A stretch of DNA of 5,784 nucleotides, taken from IMG/VR virus record IMGVR_UViG_2671180770_000006; one strand, given 5' to 3'. The notes under the pieces were generated by a model. That model did not search any database, had not been told where the DNA came from, and saw only the letters and a list, made by a program, of their open reading frames with translations. Source of the stretch: a virus (taxonomy: Duplodnaviria > Heunggongvirae > Uroviricota > Caudoviricetes). The position numbers were made by a program, and so were the translations under genes. The stretch's first letter is position 1. Each line of letters starts with the position of its first letter. Below are positions 4,560-5,784 of this stretch, piece by piece.

Positions 4560-5013
4560 GCAGCAAATCCGACAGGTCTGCCGCCAGTGCATGGACCGCT
4601 GCCGGGCGGGTGAAACATGGCCTCCGGACCTGGCTGAGTTTGTGGCACTGATTTCGGAAAGCGGAGCCAATCCATTCGGTCTGACGGTGGATGCTGTGAT
4701 GGAGGAGTACCGCCGCTGGCGCAATGAGTCCTGGCGATATGACGGAAGTGATAAGTACCCGTGGCCTCAGCCTGTGCTGTATCACATTTGCCTTGAGATG
4801 CGTTCAAAGGGGATTGAGCGCCAGATGACCGAAGGGGAATTAAAACGGCTTGCAGAACGGCAGCTGACGAAATGGGCAAAGCATGTTAGTAACGGCCTGA
4901 GCGTTCCGCCAGTCCGGCGACAACTGGCGGCACCCAAACGCCCGTCGGGGCCAACGCCAATTGAGTTGCTAAAACAGGAATATGAACGCCGGAAAGCGGC
5001 TGGGTTTGTTTGA
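4348..5013 (+). CDS. Lambda P-like replication protein (DnaB helicase loader), 221 aa
   Basis: Recalled lambda P motifs align: ...PSPGQFVAW... with PPDLAEFVAL, ESYPWK with DKYPWP, and ELRRKAADELVHMTARI with ELKRLAERQLTKWAKHV. AAGGGGG lies 6 nt upstream of the ATG at 4348. An alternative start at 4471 is possible. Confidence 0.8.
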   Translation: MQQHQVAPHHGQFRKFGQHVSSGNVKTDLSATETVWKLWELMGEVYSNRWTQKNGAAPSKLWIAQIGAMTEQQIRQVCRQCMDRCRAGETWPPDLAEFVALISESGANPFGLTVDAVMEEYRRWRNESWRYDGSDKYPWPQPVLYHICLEMRSKGIERQMTEGELKRLAERQLTKWAKHVSNGLSVPPVRRQLAAPKRPSGPTPIELLKQEYERRKAAGFV

Positions 5014-5045
5014 GTTGAGAAGTAATTTTTACCGGGAGGAAATTT

Positions 5046-5702
5046 ATGGAGACTGTTTTTGACGCACTGAAAGCGATGGGAAAAGCCACGTTGGTAGAGC
5101 TGGCTGCGCGACTTGATATCAGTCGTGAAGAAGTGCTGAACGAACTATGGGAACTGAAAAACGTTGGTTTCGTTGATAAAAGCGCGTACACCTGGCGTGT
5201 GGCTGATAACAACGTTCAGCAGGAACAGCCAGCGCAGGCAGAACTGCCGGAAGAAACCACCACAGCAACAGTAGCGAAAATCTCAGAGTGCGATTTAACC
5301 GCAACGATTGAACAACGCGGACCACAAACGGCGGATGAACTGGCTACGTTTTTCTGCATCACATCACGCAAAGTGGCTTCAAAGCTGGCAATGGCAATCA
5401 GTAAAGGTCGTCTGATTCGCGTTAATCAGGACGGTAAATTTCGTTACTGCATACCGGGCGCTGATTTACCGGCAGAGCCGGAAGCTGCATCCGTAGCGGA
5501 AACGGATGGTAAAGCCTTTCCTCAGCCAGCAGGTGCTGCGTTACCAGTCCGGGACGCAGCAACACAGGAAGAAATTAAAACAGAAACTGTGGCGGACATT
5601 GTGCAGCCGTTGCCATCGTTTACCGAAACGCAAGCAGATGAGCTGATTTTTCCGTCCCTTCGCAGGGCAAACCTAGCGCTGCGCAGGGGCTTTGTTGAAT
5701 AA
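5046..5702 (+). CDS. Hypothetical protein with two tandem winged-helix-like segments, 218 aa; first gene of the nin-equivalent region after P
   Basis: GGGAGGA 5 nt upstream of the ATG at 5046. Residues about 14-52 and 92-135 both show a helix-turn-helix then beta-hairpin pattern ([39 protein letters not shown] and [43 protein letters not shown]). Confidence 0.65.
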   Translation: METVFDALKAMGKATLVELAARLDISREEVLNELWELKNVGFVDKSAYTWRVADNNVQQEQPAQAELPEETTTATVAKISECDLTATIEQRGPQTADELATFFCITSRKVASKLAMAISKGRLIRVNQDGKFRYCIPGADLPAEPEAASVAETDGKAFPQPAGAALPVRDAATQEEIKTETVADIVQPLPSFTETQADELIFPSLRRANLALRRGFVE

Positions 5703-5784
5703 ATAAGATTTCGTGCGAACGACCCTGTAGCTGGCTGGATTTTCAGGCAATACGCACGCTTTCTGGCATCCCAGCCTTTGTCAT

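Noticed and set aside
3029-5325. Minus-strand track ORFs inside the Cro-like, YdaT-like, initiator, P-like and 218-aa genes (3029-3271, 3458-3661, 3689-3880, 3999-4349, 4435-4785, 4469-4879, 4482-4724, 4886-5212, 5119-5325), plus an unlisted open minus frame from 5784 down to about 5525
   Set aside because: All are antisense to well-supported plus-strand genes in a GC-richer region where long antisense ORFs arise by chance; the products are R/S/P/C-rich and none has a convincing start context.

Overview
This window reads as the immunity and replication core of a lambdoid, Rac-type enterobacterial prophage. Left to right: the 5' end of a leftward gene running off the window (1-58); a leftward 107-codon ORF (55-378); a GC-rich, ORF-poor island (379-810); a small rightward gene (811-1086) converging on a leftward operon of four small unknown proteins (1064-1940) driven by a PL-like promoter (about 2012-2040); a bidirectional intrinsic terminator (2138-2167); a leftward CI/RacR-like HTH repressor (2194-2655); a compact divergent switch region (2656-2762); rightward Cro/YdaS-like (2763-3038) and YdaT-like (3022-3447) genes; a replication initiator gene (3519-4559) carrying two arrays of short direct repeats plus an AT-rich tract, i.e. 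a likely intragenic origin; a lambda P-like helicase-loader gene (4348-5013); and a 218-aa protein with two winged-helix-like halves (5046-5702). All calls are from reading the sequence and recalling family features; no database search was run. Nothing here is demonstrably a new system. The parts most worth follow-up are the repeat arrays in the initiator gene, the long out-of-frame initiator/P overlap, the four uncharacterised small proteins of the early-left operon, and the non-coding GC-rich island.
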